DNA of 64,000 bases from NCBI GenBank assembly GCA_002722245.1, contig PBLA01000033.1:229178-293177 (forward strand). The letters are read 5' to 3'. A program made the translations under genes and the position numbers. The notes under the pieces are model-generated. The model did not search any database, was not told where the DNA came from, and saw nothing but the letters and a program-made list of their open reading frames with translations. Origin of the DNA: Flavobacteriales bacterium (GTDB lineage Bacteria; Bacteroidota; Bacteroidia; Flavobacteriales_C; GCA-002722245). Below are positions 8,782 through 19,432 of the stretch, in pieces. The number at the start of each line of letters is the position of its first letter. Positions within the stretch are counted from its first letter, which is position 1.

Positions 8782-9828
8782 TTAATTAAAGGGATTACTT
8801 AAATTCGTATTGTTTATATACGCTGTATCCGACAATGTTTTAAGAAATGCAATTAATTGAAGCTTTTCAATATCCGTCCAATGAAAACCTCCGTTATCAT
8901 TTGGCATCAGCGGATCAACAGTGGGAGAACTACGAATAGAGTCGCTGTAAAAATCAATTACTTCCTCTAAGGTTTGAAAACGACCATCATGCATATAAGG
9001 AGCTGTAAATTCAATATTTCTTAATGTTGGACTTCTAAACTTTCCACGATCAGCAATATCTCCGGAAACGCCTTCATAACCAATATCTGGATAAATGTCT
9101 AATCCATTATTGTGGAGCTCATCATCGGTAAACAATGGGCGACCATGACAATGAAAACATTCTGCCTTTTCACTTAAAAACAGGTTATACCCTGCCAGTT
9201 CCAGTGGGCTAAATGTTGCCTCTCCTGCTAAGAACAAATCAAACTTGGACTGATTAGATATCAGTGTGCGTTCAAATTGAGCAATGGCCTTTACAACTAA
9301 ATCTTTGGTAATCAACCCATCACCAAAAGCCACCTTAAATTCTAGCGGATAGGTCGGATGATTATTTATTCTATCCAATGCGTTGTCCCAGTTTAAATGC
9401 ATTTCGATCGGGTTACTTACTGGTGCCTCTGCTTGTTTTTCCAAGCTTGAAGCCCTTCCATTCCAAAAAAAGGAGGATTGCCATCCTGGATTAATTAGTG
9501 CCGATGCATTGATATTTCCCTCAATTCCTTCAACACCTACACTAAATCTTTTATTATCTGAAAAGGCTCTACTCTGTTGATGACAAGAAGAGCAAGACAT
9601 GGTTTGATCTTTCGATAAAATAGGATCGTAAAATAATTTTCTGCCTAATGCAACCCCTTCCTTAGAGGTTTCATTATCCGATGGAATTGTCATTGTTGGA
9701 AAACCTACCGCATTAACATCCATGTGGGTGTGTTCATGTCCATCTCCTTGATTAGATTCAATAATTAATGGTTTCCTACACGCAAGGAAACTAACTAAAA
9801 ATAATATGTGAAAAATCCACCTCTTCAT
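8782..9828 (-). CDS. Di-haem cytochrome c peroxidase family protein (MbnH/MauG-like)
   Basis: Two CXXCH motifs (CSSCH, CFHCH) and conserved CCP-family spacing. Confidence 0.8.
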   Translation of the reverse strand: MKRWIFHILFLVSFLACRKPLIIESNQGDGHEHTHMDVNAVGFPTMTIPSDNETSKEGVALGRKLFYDPILSKDQTMSCSSCHQQSRAFSDNKRFSVGVEGIEGNINASALINPGWQSSFFWNGRASSLEKQAEAPVSNPIEMHLNWDNALDRINNHPTYPLEFKVAFGDGLITKDLVVKAIAQFERTLISNQSKFDLFLAGEATFSPLELAGYNLFLSEKAECFHCHGRPLFTDDELHNNGLDIYPDIGYEGVSGDIADRGKFRSPTLRNIEFTAPYMHDGRFQTLEEVIDFYSDSIRSSPTVDPLMPNDNGGFHWTDIEKLQLIAFLKTLSDTAYINNTNLSNPFN

Positions 9829-9855
9829 TCATTAAATTGCGCTTCCTTTCTTTCA

Positions 9856-10614
9856 TTATTTTACATCAATTGAAAATACAGAGTTCCCATTTTCTTTTAG
9901 CTTTTTCTGGGCTTCCGCATTCATCATAATCATCTGCCCATAATTACAAAAATTATAATTTTCATCATTCGACGAACCCGTAAACCATTCATTTATATCC
10001 ATGGTTATTTCAAAACTTAATCCCTCTTCATTCATGGTGAAAGCAGAATTATTAAAAGTAACATGAAAGTCATAGGGCTTCCCCATTGAAGGACCAGTAT
10101 GGAGAGCATAGCTTTTTGTAATGGAATCGACTCCTAAAGAGTCATATGTGCCCTCTAGTTTCATATAATGATACCCCCCAGAGCCCATTCCCCATGCCAT
10201 GGCGGCCTCTTCAACGGTTTGGAGCGTATCAGATACATTCATCAATGAGTCTATTCCAAATGAAAAACCGATTGATGAATATGTCCCAAAAGGTAATTCT
10301 AAAATCTCTTTCTTAATTAATGAAGAGATATCATCTGCATTCACATACAAGGGGCTTTTAATTATAATTGCATCACCAGAAATTGGCGTGAAGGTGAGAT
10401 TACTTATGAAATACTTTAATGTTCGTACATCATATTGATGTCCAACTACATTGATATATTTTTTCTCATTAAAGGAGAGATGCTCAGCACCTACTTTATG
10501 ATTAAATTCTACTGTAACTTTTCCACGTTCTTGCGATTCATTTAGTTCCTTTTTACATGAAATAAAAAACACAATGCTAGACAAGACTACTATTAAAATA
10601 GATTTTTGAAACAT
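9856..10614 (-). CDS. Periplasmic lipoprotein, probably MbnP-family partner of the adjacent di-haem peroxidase
   Basis: Signal peptide/lipobox (FFISC); 252 aa; adjacent and co-directional with the CCP/MbnH-like gene, a pairing typical of mbnP-mbnH. Confidence 0.4.
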   Translation of the reverse strand: MFQKSILIVVLSSIVFFISCKKELNESQERGKVTVEFNHKVGAEHLSFNEKKYINVVGHQYDVRTLKYFISNLTFTPISGDAIIIKSPLYVNADDISSLIKKEILELPFGTYSSIGFSFGIDSLMNVSDTLQTVEEAAMAWGMGSGGYHYMKLEGTYDSLGVDSITKSYALHTGPSMGKPYDFHVTFNNSAFTMNEEGLSFEITMDINEWFTGSSNDENYNFCNYGQMIMMNAEAQKKLKENGNSVFSIDVK

Positions 10615-10672
10615 ACCTTTAATTTTATAAAATTTTATGGATTATAACATCTTTCTTATCACAAAAGACGGC

Positions 10673-11761
10673 TTATGCTTTTCCGAGATGCTTCAACATT
10701 TTCATATGCGTCCATATCGCAGACCTGAATGTTGGAAGATTATGATAAGGAAGATTAAATTCTCTAGCTGTTTCCCTTACTATATGGCTAAGCTTCGTAT
10801 AATGCACATGACATATACTCGGAAACAAGTGATGCTCAACCTGATGGTTCAACCCTCCAGCAAACCATGTGAGTAATTTATTTTTAGTGGCAAAATTTAC
10901 CGTATTCATGAGTTGATGACTAGCCCAATCTCTAGGTACCTGCTCTCCCGATTTTGCATTTGAAAATTTCGAAATTTCCATCACATGAGCAGGTTGAAAT
11001 ATACAACTTAAGATAAATCCTGCCACGAAATGCATAAGTAAGAAATTAAAAAGAATCACAAGAAATGATACTTCTGTTAACCACATTGGAAGGATTAGAA
11101 TATAGGTAAAATAAGCTAATCGAAGCAAAGTCGTTTTTAAAAAATGAAATGCAAAGGAACGCTTAGAAATCGTTTTGATCAATCCCTTTTTGCGATATCG
11201 AATTAAGGAATCAAAATCAGCGAAAAATGCCCAATTAAACGTTAAAAGTCCGTAAAAGAACCATGCATAGATATACTGAAATCTATGAATACCCATTCTC
11301 TTTTTATTGGGTGAGAATCTCAAAAAGAAAGGCGCATTAATATCTTCATCAAATTCTTCAATATTCGTGTAGGTATGATGCAATACATTGTGCTGTATTT
11401 TCCAATTAATTGATGCGCCTCCAACAAGATTAATAACCTCTCCCAAAATCAAATTAACGGTTTTATTCTTGGAGTAAGCCCCATGTATAGCATCATGCAT
11501 TATACTTAAACCAATACCGGACATAAAAATCCCCATCAAAAGCCATAAAGAAGAATAAAGCCAACTGTTTTGAATATCTCCGAAAAGAATTAAAAAATAG
11601 GGTGTAAGATAACATGTTATCATGAAACATGTTTTGAAATACATTTTTCCATTACCTGTTTTTTGGATATCATTTTCCTTGAAATATTCATCAATTCTAC
11701 GTTTCAGTGTTTTGAAGAAATCGTTGGATTTTAAATCGTATTTTGGAGGTACAAAAGGCAC
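10673..11761 (-). CDS. Membrane fatty-acid desaturase family protein
   Basis: Three histidine boxes (HDAIHG, HNVLHH, HQVEHHLFP) plus TM segments. Confidence 0.8.
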   Translation of the reverse strand: MPFVPPKYDLKSNDFFKTLKRRIDEYFKENDIQKTGNGKMYFKTCFMITCYLTPYFLILFGDIQNSWLYSSLWLLMGIFMSGIGLSIMHDAIHGAYSKNKTVNLILGEVINLVGGASINWKIQHNVLHHTYTNIEEFDEDINAPFFLRFSPNKKRMGIHRFQYIYAWFFYGLLTFNWAFFADFDSLIRYRKKGLIKTISKRSFAFHFLKTTLLRLAYFTYILILPMWLTEVSFLVILFNFLLMHFVAGFILSCIFQPAHVMEISKFSNAKSGEQVPRDWASHQLMNTVNFATKNKLLTWFAGGLNHQVEHHLFPSICHVHYTKLSHIVRETAREFNLPYHNLPTFRSAIWTHMKMLKHLGKA

Positions 11762-11918
11762 AAAGTCGTTTTTTTACAATATACACAATTAAAACATCCA
11801 CCCCCCAAATTCTAATAAAGAAAATATAATTCAATTATTTATTTTTCTAATATTAATCGTTGAATATCGAAACTTATTTTAATAATTCAAGTTTAAGGAG
11901 TCTCCAATACTATCTTGC

Positions 11919-13733
11919 ATGAAAATATTTAGACTTTTATACACCCTTTTATTGATCAGTTTTATTGCCAATGCCCAACATTCAGAAAGATGCGCCTCAG
12001 AAACACTACTTGCGAACTACCTTAAAAATAATCCAAATGAAATAGAAAAATTTAAAAAAAATGAAGCGAACCTTCAACAGTTAATCAATCGAAATTTTCG
12101 TTTCAAAAGCACAGAAGAAATATATCGTGTTCCAGTAGTGGTGCATATCATGCATGTTGGAGAATCTATTGGCACGGGTTCGAATATTTCCGAAGCTCAA
12201 ATTTTAAGCGGTATTCAACAGCTAAATGATGCATTTAGAAATGAGAATGGACTAGGAATTGATATGGGAATCGAATTTCACTTAGCCATACAGGATCCTA
12301 ATGGTGCTTCCACCAATGGAATTATTCGCTATGATGCTTCAGGAATTCCTGGATACGCTAGTGATGGAGTTGCTATAGGGACTGATCCTGGAGCAGATGA
12401 AGCAGACGTAAAAGCGGCGAGTAAATGGCCTAATGGCCAATATTACAATATTTGGATTGTATCCGAAATAGGAGGTAATGATGGCGGCTTTGGAACACAA
12501 GGTTTTGCTTACTTTCCTGGAACAAGTGCAGCATATGACGGAACAATTATTCAACATACATCTTGGGGAGATGAAAATGGTACAGCTAATTTTTGGAACA
12601 ACTTGGGAGTTACCTTGGTCCACGAAATGGGGCATGCCTTAGGGTTATACCACACGTTCCATCTTCAATCGAGTGGAGACACAACCGTAAATGGTTGTCC
12701 ACAAAATAGTGATTGTTCTCTACAAGGGGATTTATGTTGTGATACTGATCCTCACTTTGAAAGTGAAAGTTTCACATGCGACACCTCAGAGATTAACCCT
12801 TGTACAGGAACACCATTAGGGAATGTTGTTAGAAACTACATGGATTACTCGTCTCAAGAATGTCAAATTATGTTCACACAAGACCAAAAAGACAGAATGA
12901 GAGCAGCTCTTGAAGGAACCCGAAAAGGCTTACTATTATCTAGAGGATTAGACGAGCCTATTGCCGCATGCGAAGCAGTGGATCCTGCGGGATGTACCCC
13001 TCAAACAGATGAAACTGGCTTAGAAGGAAATTATGCCGGGGTGGGGATTGTTGAATTGGAAGGGGAATTACATCACATAAGCTATACAGCATTTATTGAT
13101 GGTGGATACGTTGATAATACAAACGAGTGCGCAATAACTTCTTTTTTAAAAATTGATTCAAACTATGTGCTAAATGTTACACCAGATAATGCACCAACAA
13201 ACCCTACTTACCTAAAAGCTTGGATTGATTATAATAACGATGGTTCCTTTGATGTTTCAGAACTTGTTCTAAATGAAAGTGGAATAGGCGAAAATATATT
13301 GTCTGACTCGTTAACCATTCCGAATGATGCCTCACAAAATGAGTTTATTCGAATGAGGGTATTGTTGGATTTAATTCCGATATCAGATGCTTGCAGTAGT
13401 CCAACATATGGCCAAGCTGAAGACTATTCATTATATCTATATATTCCTGGTCAAATCACCTCAGGAATAAAAGAAAATATGGGAATCCATACACTCACAG
13501 TATTCCCAAATCCTGCAAATAATATTATTCATGTAAACTTTGATTACTCAAAAAATGAAGAAGTTCTTTTACACATTCGAGATGTTCAAGGAAAGTTAGT
13601 GAAAAGTAAAACCATTAACTCATCAAGTAAAATCCTATCTCAATTAGATGTAAGTTCTTTTGGAATGGGACTTTACACTTTATCCATGAGCAATTCATAT
13701 GGAATGCATACAACTACTTTTCTAGTAAAATAG
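11919..13733 (+). CDS. Secreted zinc metalloprotease (M43 cytophagalysin/pappalysin-like, HEMGHALGLYH) with a C-terminal T9SS sorting domain
   Basis: Signal peptide; HExxHxxGxxH zinc motif; C-terminus ...VFPNPANNIIHVNF...GLYTLSMSNSYGMHTTTFLVK is typical of a T9SS sorting domain (CTD). Confidence 0.75.
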   Translation: MKIFRLLYTLLLISFIANAQHSERCASETLLANYLKNNPNEIEKFKKNEANLQQLINRNFRFKSTEEIYRVPVVVHIMHVGESIGTGSNISEAQILSGIQQLNDAFRNENGLGIDMGIEFHLAIQDPNGASTNGIIRYDASGIPGYASDGVAIGTDPGADEADVKAASKWPNGQYYNIWIVSEIGGNDGGFGTQGFAYFPGTSAAYDGTIIQHTSWGDENGTANFWNNLGVTLVHEMGHALGLYHTFHLQSSGDTTVNGCPQNSDCSLQGDLCCDTDPHFESESFTCDTSEINPCTGTPLGNVVRNYMDYSSQECQIMFTQDQKDRMRAALEGTRKGLLLSRGLDEPIAACEAVDPAGCTPQTDETGLEGNYAGVGIVELEGELHHISYTAFIDGGYVDNTNECAITSFLKIDSNYVLNVTPDNAPTNPTYLKAWIDYNNDGSFDVSELVLNESGIGENILSDSLTIPNDASQNEFIRMRVLLDLIPISDACSSPTYGQAEDYSLYLYIPGQITSGIKENMGIHTLTVFPNPANNIIHVNFDYSKNEEVLLHIRDVQGKLVKSKTINSSSKILSQLDVSSFGMGLYTLSMSNSYGMHTTTFLVK

Positions 13734-13796
13734 AGTGAATAGACTAAGATTTCTTTTAGAGGAATTCATTTTCAGGAATTCCTTTTCAATGGATTT

Positions 13797-14174
13797 TTAG
13801 CCTATTAGGTTTTTATATTCCTCCGCAGACAATAACGATTCAAACTGATCAGCATCGGATACTTTCACCTTAATCATCCAGCCTGCACCATACGGATCTT
13901 CATTCACAATTTCAGGAGTATCCTCAATAGCATCATTTAAATCAAGTACCTCACCTGATAACGGCAAGAACAAATCTGATACAGTTTTTACAGCCTCAAC
14001 TGTTCCAAAAACCTCCTCGGCTTCCAGTGTTTCTCCAACAGTTTCCACTTCAACATAAACAATATCACCCAATTCTCCTTGTGCAAAATCAGTAATGCCA
14101 ATTACAGCAACATCACCTTCTAATTTAACCCATTCGTGATCTTTTGTATACCTTAACTCGGTTGGAATATTCAT
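13797..14174 (-). CDS. gcvH: Glycine cleavage system H protein
   Basis: Lipoyl-lysine motif region EAVKTVSDLFLPLSGEV. Confidence 0.9.
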   Translation of the reverse strand: MNIPTELRYTKDHEWVKLEGDVAVIGITDFAQGELGDIVYVEVETVGETLEAEEVFGTVEAVKTVSDLFLPLSGEVLDLNDAIEDTPEIVNEDPYGAGWMIKVKVSDADQFESLLSAEEYKNLIG

Positions 14175-14274
14175 TTCTATAGATTTAGAATGTAAAGATA
14201 AAAAATTGATTCATCCTACTCTCTTTTTAAATTAAGATTCCAATAAAATTTAATAAAAACTATTCGTTGTATTT

Positions 14275-15135
14275 TTGCTTAGTATGAGATTCCTTTTGAT
14301 ACCCTTTATAACTATTTTCTCTTTTTTTACATTTGGACAAAATGATTTAGTTCCTTCCTCTAAGTTTAGGTTAGATACATCCAAGTCAAATAGTTTTAAT
14401 AAGGGTAAACTTCATATTAACTGGGGATACAATAGAGCGTGGTATTCAAAATCCGACATTCAGTTTGAAGGAGATCATTTTAATTTTATTTTATACGATG
14501 CTGTTGCAAAAGATCGACCTACTCCTTTTAATTGGGCCACTTATTTTGCTCCTAAAAACTTAACAATACCACAAACAAACCTAAGAGTAGGATATTTTAT
14601 TACAAATAACTGGTCCATTTCTTTGGGCCTTGACCATATGAAATATGTGATGGAGATATTACGACATAATACGATTAGTGGAGACATTAATATGGAAACA
14701 CCCTACGATGGAAATTATGTAAATAATCCCATTTTTTTGGATAGTACATTTCTCAATTTTGAACATACCGACGGCTTAAATTATGTAAATATAGAGAGTG
14801 ATTACTATTACCCATTTTTATCCTGGAAAGATAAAATTATCACTCAAGCAGTTGTAGGGTTTGGTGCGGGTTTTCTTTTACCTAAGACACGCACAGTTAT
14901 GTTTAAAAGAACCTATCGCGATGATTTTAATATAGCTGGCTTTGGTACAAATGGTAAATTAGGATGCAATGTTCGGTTTTGGAATTACTTTTTCATTCAA
15001 ACTAACCTAAAAGGCGGATTCATTAATATGCCTAATATTCGAATCACAAGTAATCCCTCAGAGAATGGAAAACAACATTTTTGGTTCACCCAATTTAATT
15101 GGTTAATAGGCTTAAATTTTAATCTCATTCGATAG
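14275..15135 (+). CDS. Hypothetical outer-membrane (beta-barrel-like) protein
   Basis: Signal peptide; alternating aromatic/hydrophilic pattern; C-terminal F/aromatic residue. Confidence 0.4.
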   Translation: MLSMRFLLIPFITIFSFFTFGQNDLVPSSKFRLDTSKSNSFNKGKLHINWGYNRAWYSKSDIQFEGDHFNFILYDAVAKDRPTPFNWATYFAPKNLTIPQTNLRVGYFITNNWSISLGLDHMKYVMEILRHNTISGDINMETPYDGNYVNNPIFLDSTFLNFEHTDGLNYVNIESDYYYPFLSWKDKIITQAVVGFGAGFLLPKTRTVMFKRTYRDDFNIAGFGTNGKLGCNVRFWNYFFIQTNLKGGFINMPNIRITSNPSENGKQHFWFTQFNWLIGLNFNLIR

Positions 15136-15201
15136 ATTAATACTATGGACTAAATCATTCGTGAGAAGATTTCTCTCTTGATAAACAAATGATCTGATGC
15201 A

Positions 15202-16596
15202 TTACTTATTGGACACTTGTTCCCAACAATCCACTTTTGAAGGTGTTGAATCATCAGAGAACCATCCTCTGAACACATCATTCCCATTCGCATAAAGCAT
15301 TAATCCCAATAGCAAAATCATACCTGTCATTTGAGCATACTCTAAAAATTTCTCCCCCGGTTTTCTTCTGAAAATCATTTCATACAATAAAAACATGACA
15401 TGGCCGCCATCTAATGCAGGTATGGGAAGTAAATTCATAAACGCTAAAATAATTGATAATAACGCCGTAATATTCCAGAACTTTTGCCAATAATTTGAGT
15501 CCGAAAAAGATTCTGGAAACAAACTTCCAAGTGCGCCAAACCCTCCTAAACTATCAGCGTGCCTTGTTACTTTTTTAAACTGACGAATATAACTTGATAA
15601 AACGTCTACAGCCTTGTTAAATCCAGCAGGAAAAGACTCAACGAATGAATAATTGTAATGGACTGTATCTAAAAAATTAAATGTGTTTTTTCGAGCCACA
15701 CCTAATAACCGATTACATTCTATTTTCATGGGAACTTTTATTGAATCCCCTCTTCTCAATACTGTAAGTTCAATGTGAGGTTGATTTATGGCTTTAATAG
15801 CTCGTTGAAAATCAACATAAAATGGAGTTGGTGTATTATTTAACGCTATAATCTGATCATCCTTTTCCAATTTTCCAAAAGCAGCGGTTGTATCTCCTTT
15901 TGCATTAATTGCCAGCACAGAATCAAGTATAAACGGGATTCTAGGACTCACTACTCTTTGAATACCTGAATCAATTGCATGATCACCAAATTCATCATAA
16001 ACCGTAAAACTTATCTCTTTCCCCTCTCGTAAAACGACAACTACTTTCTCCTGATCATTCAGGAGAAGTTCTTTCGTAAAATCAGAGAAAAAACTGAATT
16101 GCTCACCATTAATTGAAAGTGGAATATCTCCATCCTTGAACCCATGATCTTTTGCAATTTCTGTGGTAGCAATACCATACTTTAAATTGGTATTTGGCAA
16201 TCGATCTTCTCCCCACGTTAAAAGAGACATACTATAAATAAACCATGCCAATAGCGCATTTACAGTTACTCCTCCAACCATAATAATTAACCTTTGCCAT
16301 GTTTTCTTTGAACGAAATTCCCATGGTTTTGGTGGTTGCTTCATTTGCTCTTTATCCATGGACTCGTCAACCATGCCGGCAATCTTAACATAACCTCCAA
16401 GCGGTAACCATCCAATACCATACACGGTGTCTCCAACTTTCTTTTTTACCAATGAAAACCAAGGATCAAAGAACAAATAAAACTTTTCTACTTTTGTTTT
16501 AAATAATTTAGCAGGTATGAAATGCCCTAATTCATGGAGCACAACGAGAATTGAAAGGCTAAATATTAAGCTTACTGCTTTTGTAAAAAATTCCAT
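15202..16596 (-). CDS. rseP: RIP site-2 metalloprotease RseP
   Basis: HELGH motif in the first TM segment; PDZ region; LDGG motif. Confidence 0.85.
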   Translation of the reverse strand: MEFFTKAVSLIFSLSILVVLHELGHFIPAKLFKTKVEKFYLFFDPWFSLVKKKVGDTVYGIGWLPLGGYVKIAGMVDESMDKEQMKQPPKPWEFRSKKTWQRLIIMVGGVTVNALLAWFIYSMSLLTWGEDRLPNTNLKYGIATTEIAKDHGFKDGDIPLSINGEQFSFFSDFTKELLLNDQEKVVVVLREGKEISFTVYDEFGDHAIDSGIQRVVSPRIPFILDSVLAINAKGDTTAAFGKLEKDDQIIALNNTPTPFYVDFQRAIKAINQPHIELTVLRRGDSIKVPMKIECNRLLGVARKNTFNFLDTVHYNYSFVESFPAGFNKAVDVLSSYIRQFKKVTRHADSLGGFGALGSLFPESFSDSNYWQKFWNITALLSIILAFMNLLPIPALDGGHVMFLLYEMIFRRKPGEKFLEYAQMTGMILLLGLMLYANGNDVFRGWFSDDSTPSKVDCWEQVSNK

Positions 16597-17762
16597 TATA
16601 CTGATTCAATAATTCTTTGAGCAACTGTTCTGGCCTGTTTATCTGACTGAATATAATCCTCTAATTCAGGCTTTTCCACAAATGGAATTTCATCCATACA
16701 ACGTTCAATCACTTCACTCATTTCTAAAAAGCCTATTTTATCCTCTAAAAAAGCGGCCACAACAACCTCATTGGCCGCATTCATTACACAAGGCACATTC
16801 CCTCCTTTTTTAAGGGCACTAAAGGCTAATGCAAGATTACGAAAAGTTTTCGTATCCGGCGCCTCAAAGCCAAGTTGAGGGTAATCTAAAAAGTTAAATC
16901 TTGTGAAATCGTTTTTTAACCGTTCTGGAAAGCCCATGGCATATTGTATAGGTAATTTCATATCTGGTAAACCTAATTGAGCTTTTATGCTCCCATCTTC
17001 AAACTGCACGAGTGAATGAATTATACTTTGAGGATGTACAACCACTTCAATTTGCTCTGGATTTAAATTAAATAACCATTTTGCTTCAATAACTTCAAGG
17101 CCCTTATTCATTAAACTAGCAGAATCAATAGTAATCTTAGCTCCCATATCCCAATTCGGATGCTTTAAAGCTTGAACTTTGGTTACTGCTTTTAATTCTT
17201 CGGCTGTTTTACCACGGAAAGGTCCACCACTTGCGGTTAGTATAATTTTTTCAATGGGATTCATATACTCCCCTGTCAAACACTGAAAAATAGCTGAATG
17301 CTCACTATCAACTGGTAAAATATTCACCCCCTTCTCTCGAGCTAATCGGGTAATTAACTCCCCTGCAACCACTAAAGTCTCTTTGTTTGCTAATGCAATT
17401 GTTTTCCCCGCATTGATAGCAGAAATTGTTGGTTGTAAACCGGCATAACCCACAAGTGCAGTAAGTACAATATCAACTTCATTAAAAGTCACCACCTGTT
17501 CCAATGCCTCGGCTCCAGTATACACTTTTATGTCATAGTCAAATAAAGCATTATTTACTTGATTGTAAAATGCTTGATCTACAATCACTACTGCATTAGG
17601 TCTAAATTTTTTCGCTTGTTCAATGAGCAGATCAGCACTTTTGTTCACCGTTAATATTTCAACTTCAAATAAATGTGATTGTTCTTCAATCACCTCTAAA
17701 GCTTGAGTACCTATTGAACCAGATGAACCTAAAATGGCAATTTTTTTCTTTTTTTCTTGCAC
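16596..17762 (-). CDS. dxr: 1-deoxy-D-xylulose-5-phosphate reductoisomerase
   Basis: N-terminal GSTGSIG NADPH-binding motif and the conserved Dxr core. Confidence 0.9.
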   Translation of the reverse strand: MQEKKKKIAILGSSGSIGTQALEVIEEQSHLFEVEILTVNKSADLLIEQAKKFRPNAVVIVDQAFYNQVNNALFDYDIKVYTGAEALEQVVTFNEVDIVLTALVGYAGLQPTISAINAGKTIALANKETLVVAGELITRLAREKGVNILPVDSEHSAIFQCLTGEYMNPIEKIILTASGGPFRGKTAEELKAVTKVQALKHPNWDMGAKITIDSASLMNKGLEVIEAKWLFNLNPEQIEVVVHPQSIIHSLVQFEDGSIKAQLGLPDMKLPIQYAMGFPERLKNDFTRFNFLDYPQLGFEAPDTKTFRNLALAFSALKKGGNVPCVMNAANEVVVAAFLEDKIGFLEMSEVIERCMDEIPFVEKPELEDYIQSDKQARTVAQRIIESV

Positions 17763-17786
17763 GAGTGTGAGTGAGTATTTTTCGAT

Positions 17787-19283
17787 TTATATTTTGTAAA
17801 GTGATAGCTGTTCCGCAATTTTCCGATCGTTACTCAATCGTGGTACTTTATTTTGCCCTCCCAACTTACCGATGGATTTCATATACTCTACAAAAGCCTC
17901 GCGTTTTAAGTGTGTCAACACAGCAGGACGAAGAATATTTCCTTTTATCAAATCCTGATAATAAACATTTTGTTTTTGCATTTCTTCGTCAATTATTCTG
18001 ATAAAATCTTCAAAGGAATTAGGTTCTTTTGAAAATTCAACAAACCATTCATGATGCGGCAAACTCTGATCACCACCGTCTACTTGAGGCGCAACAGTAA
18101 ACTCAACAACATCGGCCTCTGTTTGACGAGCTGCTTTAATCATTGCAGCCTCTACCTCTTTCCCAATAACATGCTCTCCAAAGGCAGAAATAAAATGCTT
18201 GATTCTCCCAGTCACAACAATTCTAAAAGGATCTATAGAAACGAACTCAACGGTGTCACCTATGTTATACCCCCAAAGGCCAGCGTTTGTGTTCAATATA
18301 ATCACATAATTCACACCCAACTCAACATCCTTTAGGCTTAATCTTGGCGGATTTTCATCAAAAAATTTATCTGCTGGTATGAATTCAAAAAATATCCCCG
18401 CATTCACATTCAATAACAATCCTTCTCTGCTTTGTGAATCTTGAAAAGCGATGAATCCTTCTGATGCTGGATAAACCTCTATTGTAGGGACTCTCTTACC
18501 AACAAGTTTATCAAAGATAGGTTGATAAGGTTTATAATTCACCCCTCCTTGAACAAACAAGGAAAAGTTTGGAAACACGTCCTTAATTTCTTTTCCGGTC
18601 CTTGCTTCTATGCGTTCAAAATACATTTGAACCCACGGCGGAATACCTGAAATTAGACGCATATCCTCATGAATGGTCTCGTCAATAATTTTCTCCAATT
18701 TTGTCTCCCAATCTTCGATGCAATTTGTCTCCCATGAGGGCATTCTATTTTTTTGAAGATAATTTGGAACATAATGGGCAACTATTCCACTCAAGCGACC
18801 AAAGGGTACTTTTCCTTTCTTATCTAACTCAGGTGAACCTTGAAGGAAGATCATTTTTCCTTCCGTAAATTCAGCGCGCTCTGTTTCATCCATGTACATC
18901 AACAGGGCATTTTTTGCAGCATCAATGTGATGCTGCATAGATTCTTTTGAAATAGGAATATATTTAACTCCAGATGTTGTCCCTGATGTTTTACAAAAAT
19001 AGAGTGGTAATCCAGGCCACAAAACATCCGATTCTCCAACAACAACTTTTTCAACATATTCTTTTAATCCTTCATAATCATTTAGTGGTACATTTCTCTT
19101 GAAATCTTCATACGTTTTTATAGACGAAAAATTATGATCTTTTCCAAACTCCGTGTTAGACGCTTTAGCGATTAATTTTTTCATCGTCTTCTGTTGGAGT
19201 TCAATTGCATTGTCCATCCAATACCTAACCTTCTTGGCTTGTCTTTTTGCGTAAAGTTGAGCGATTTTAGACTTAAGTCCCAT
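17787..19283 (-). CDS. GH3 (auxin-responsive promoter) family adenylating-enzyme-like protein
   Basis: 498 aa; the GH3-family conservation seen in Bacteroidota homologues. Confidence 0.65.
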   Translation of the reverse strand: MGLKSKIAQLYAKRQAKKVRYWMDNAIELQQKTMKKLIAKASNTEFGKDHNFSSIKTYEDFKRNVPLNDYEGLKEYVEKVVVGESDVLWPGLPLYFCKTSGTTSGVKYIPISKESMQHHIDAAKNALLMYMDETERAEFTEGKMIFLQGSPELDKKGKVPFGRLSGIVAHYVPNYLQKNRMPSWETNCIEDWETKLEKIIDETIHEDMRLISGIPPWVQMYFERIEARTGKEIKDVFPNFSLFVQGGVNYKPYQPIFDKLVGKRVPTIEVYPASEGFIAFQDSQSREGLLLNVNAGIFFEFIPADKFFDENPPRLSLKDVELGVNYVIILNTNAGLWGYNIGDTVEFVSIDPFRIVVTGRIKHFISAFGEHVIGKEVEAAMIKAARQTEADVVEFTVAPQVDGGDQSLPHHEWFVEFSKEPNSFEDFIRIIDEEMQKQNVYYQDLIKGNILRPAVLTHLKREAFVEYMKSIGKLGGQNKVPRLSNDRKIAEQLSLYKI

Positions 19284-19432
19284 TGACTAACGAATTTCAG
19301 GTAAAAATAACCATTAATTTCCTAAAAAAGCTATAAGATCAATGTCCTTTCGTGGGGAAAATGAAGAGACAAAAAAGTTGGTGTATTTATTGAAATATTG
19401 TGATTAAATAGATTGCTTAACCAAAAAGAACA

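Noticed and set aside
13755-13790. Direct/palindromic repeat aggaattcatt...aggaattcct between the metalloprotease gene and gcvH
   Set aside because: Most simply a bidirectional terminator hairpin between convergent genes. Nothing else distinguishes it.
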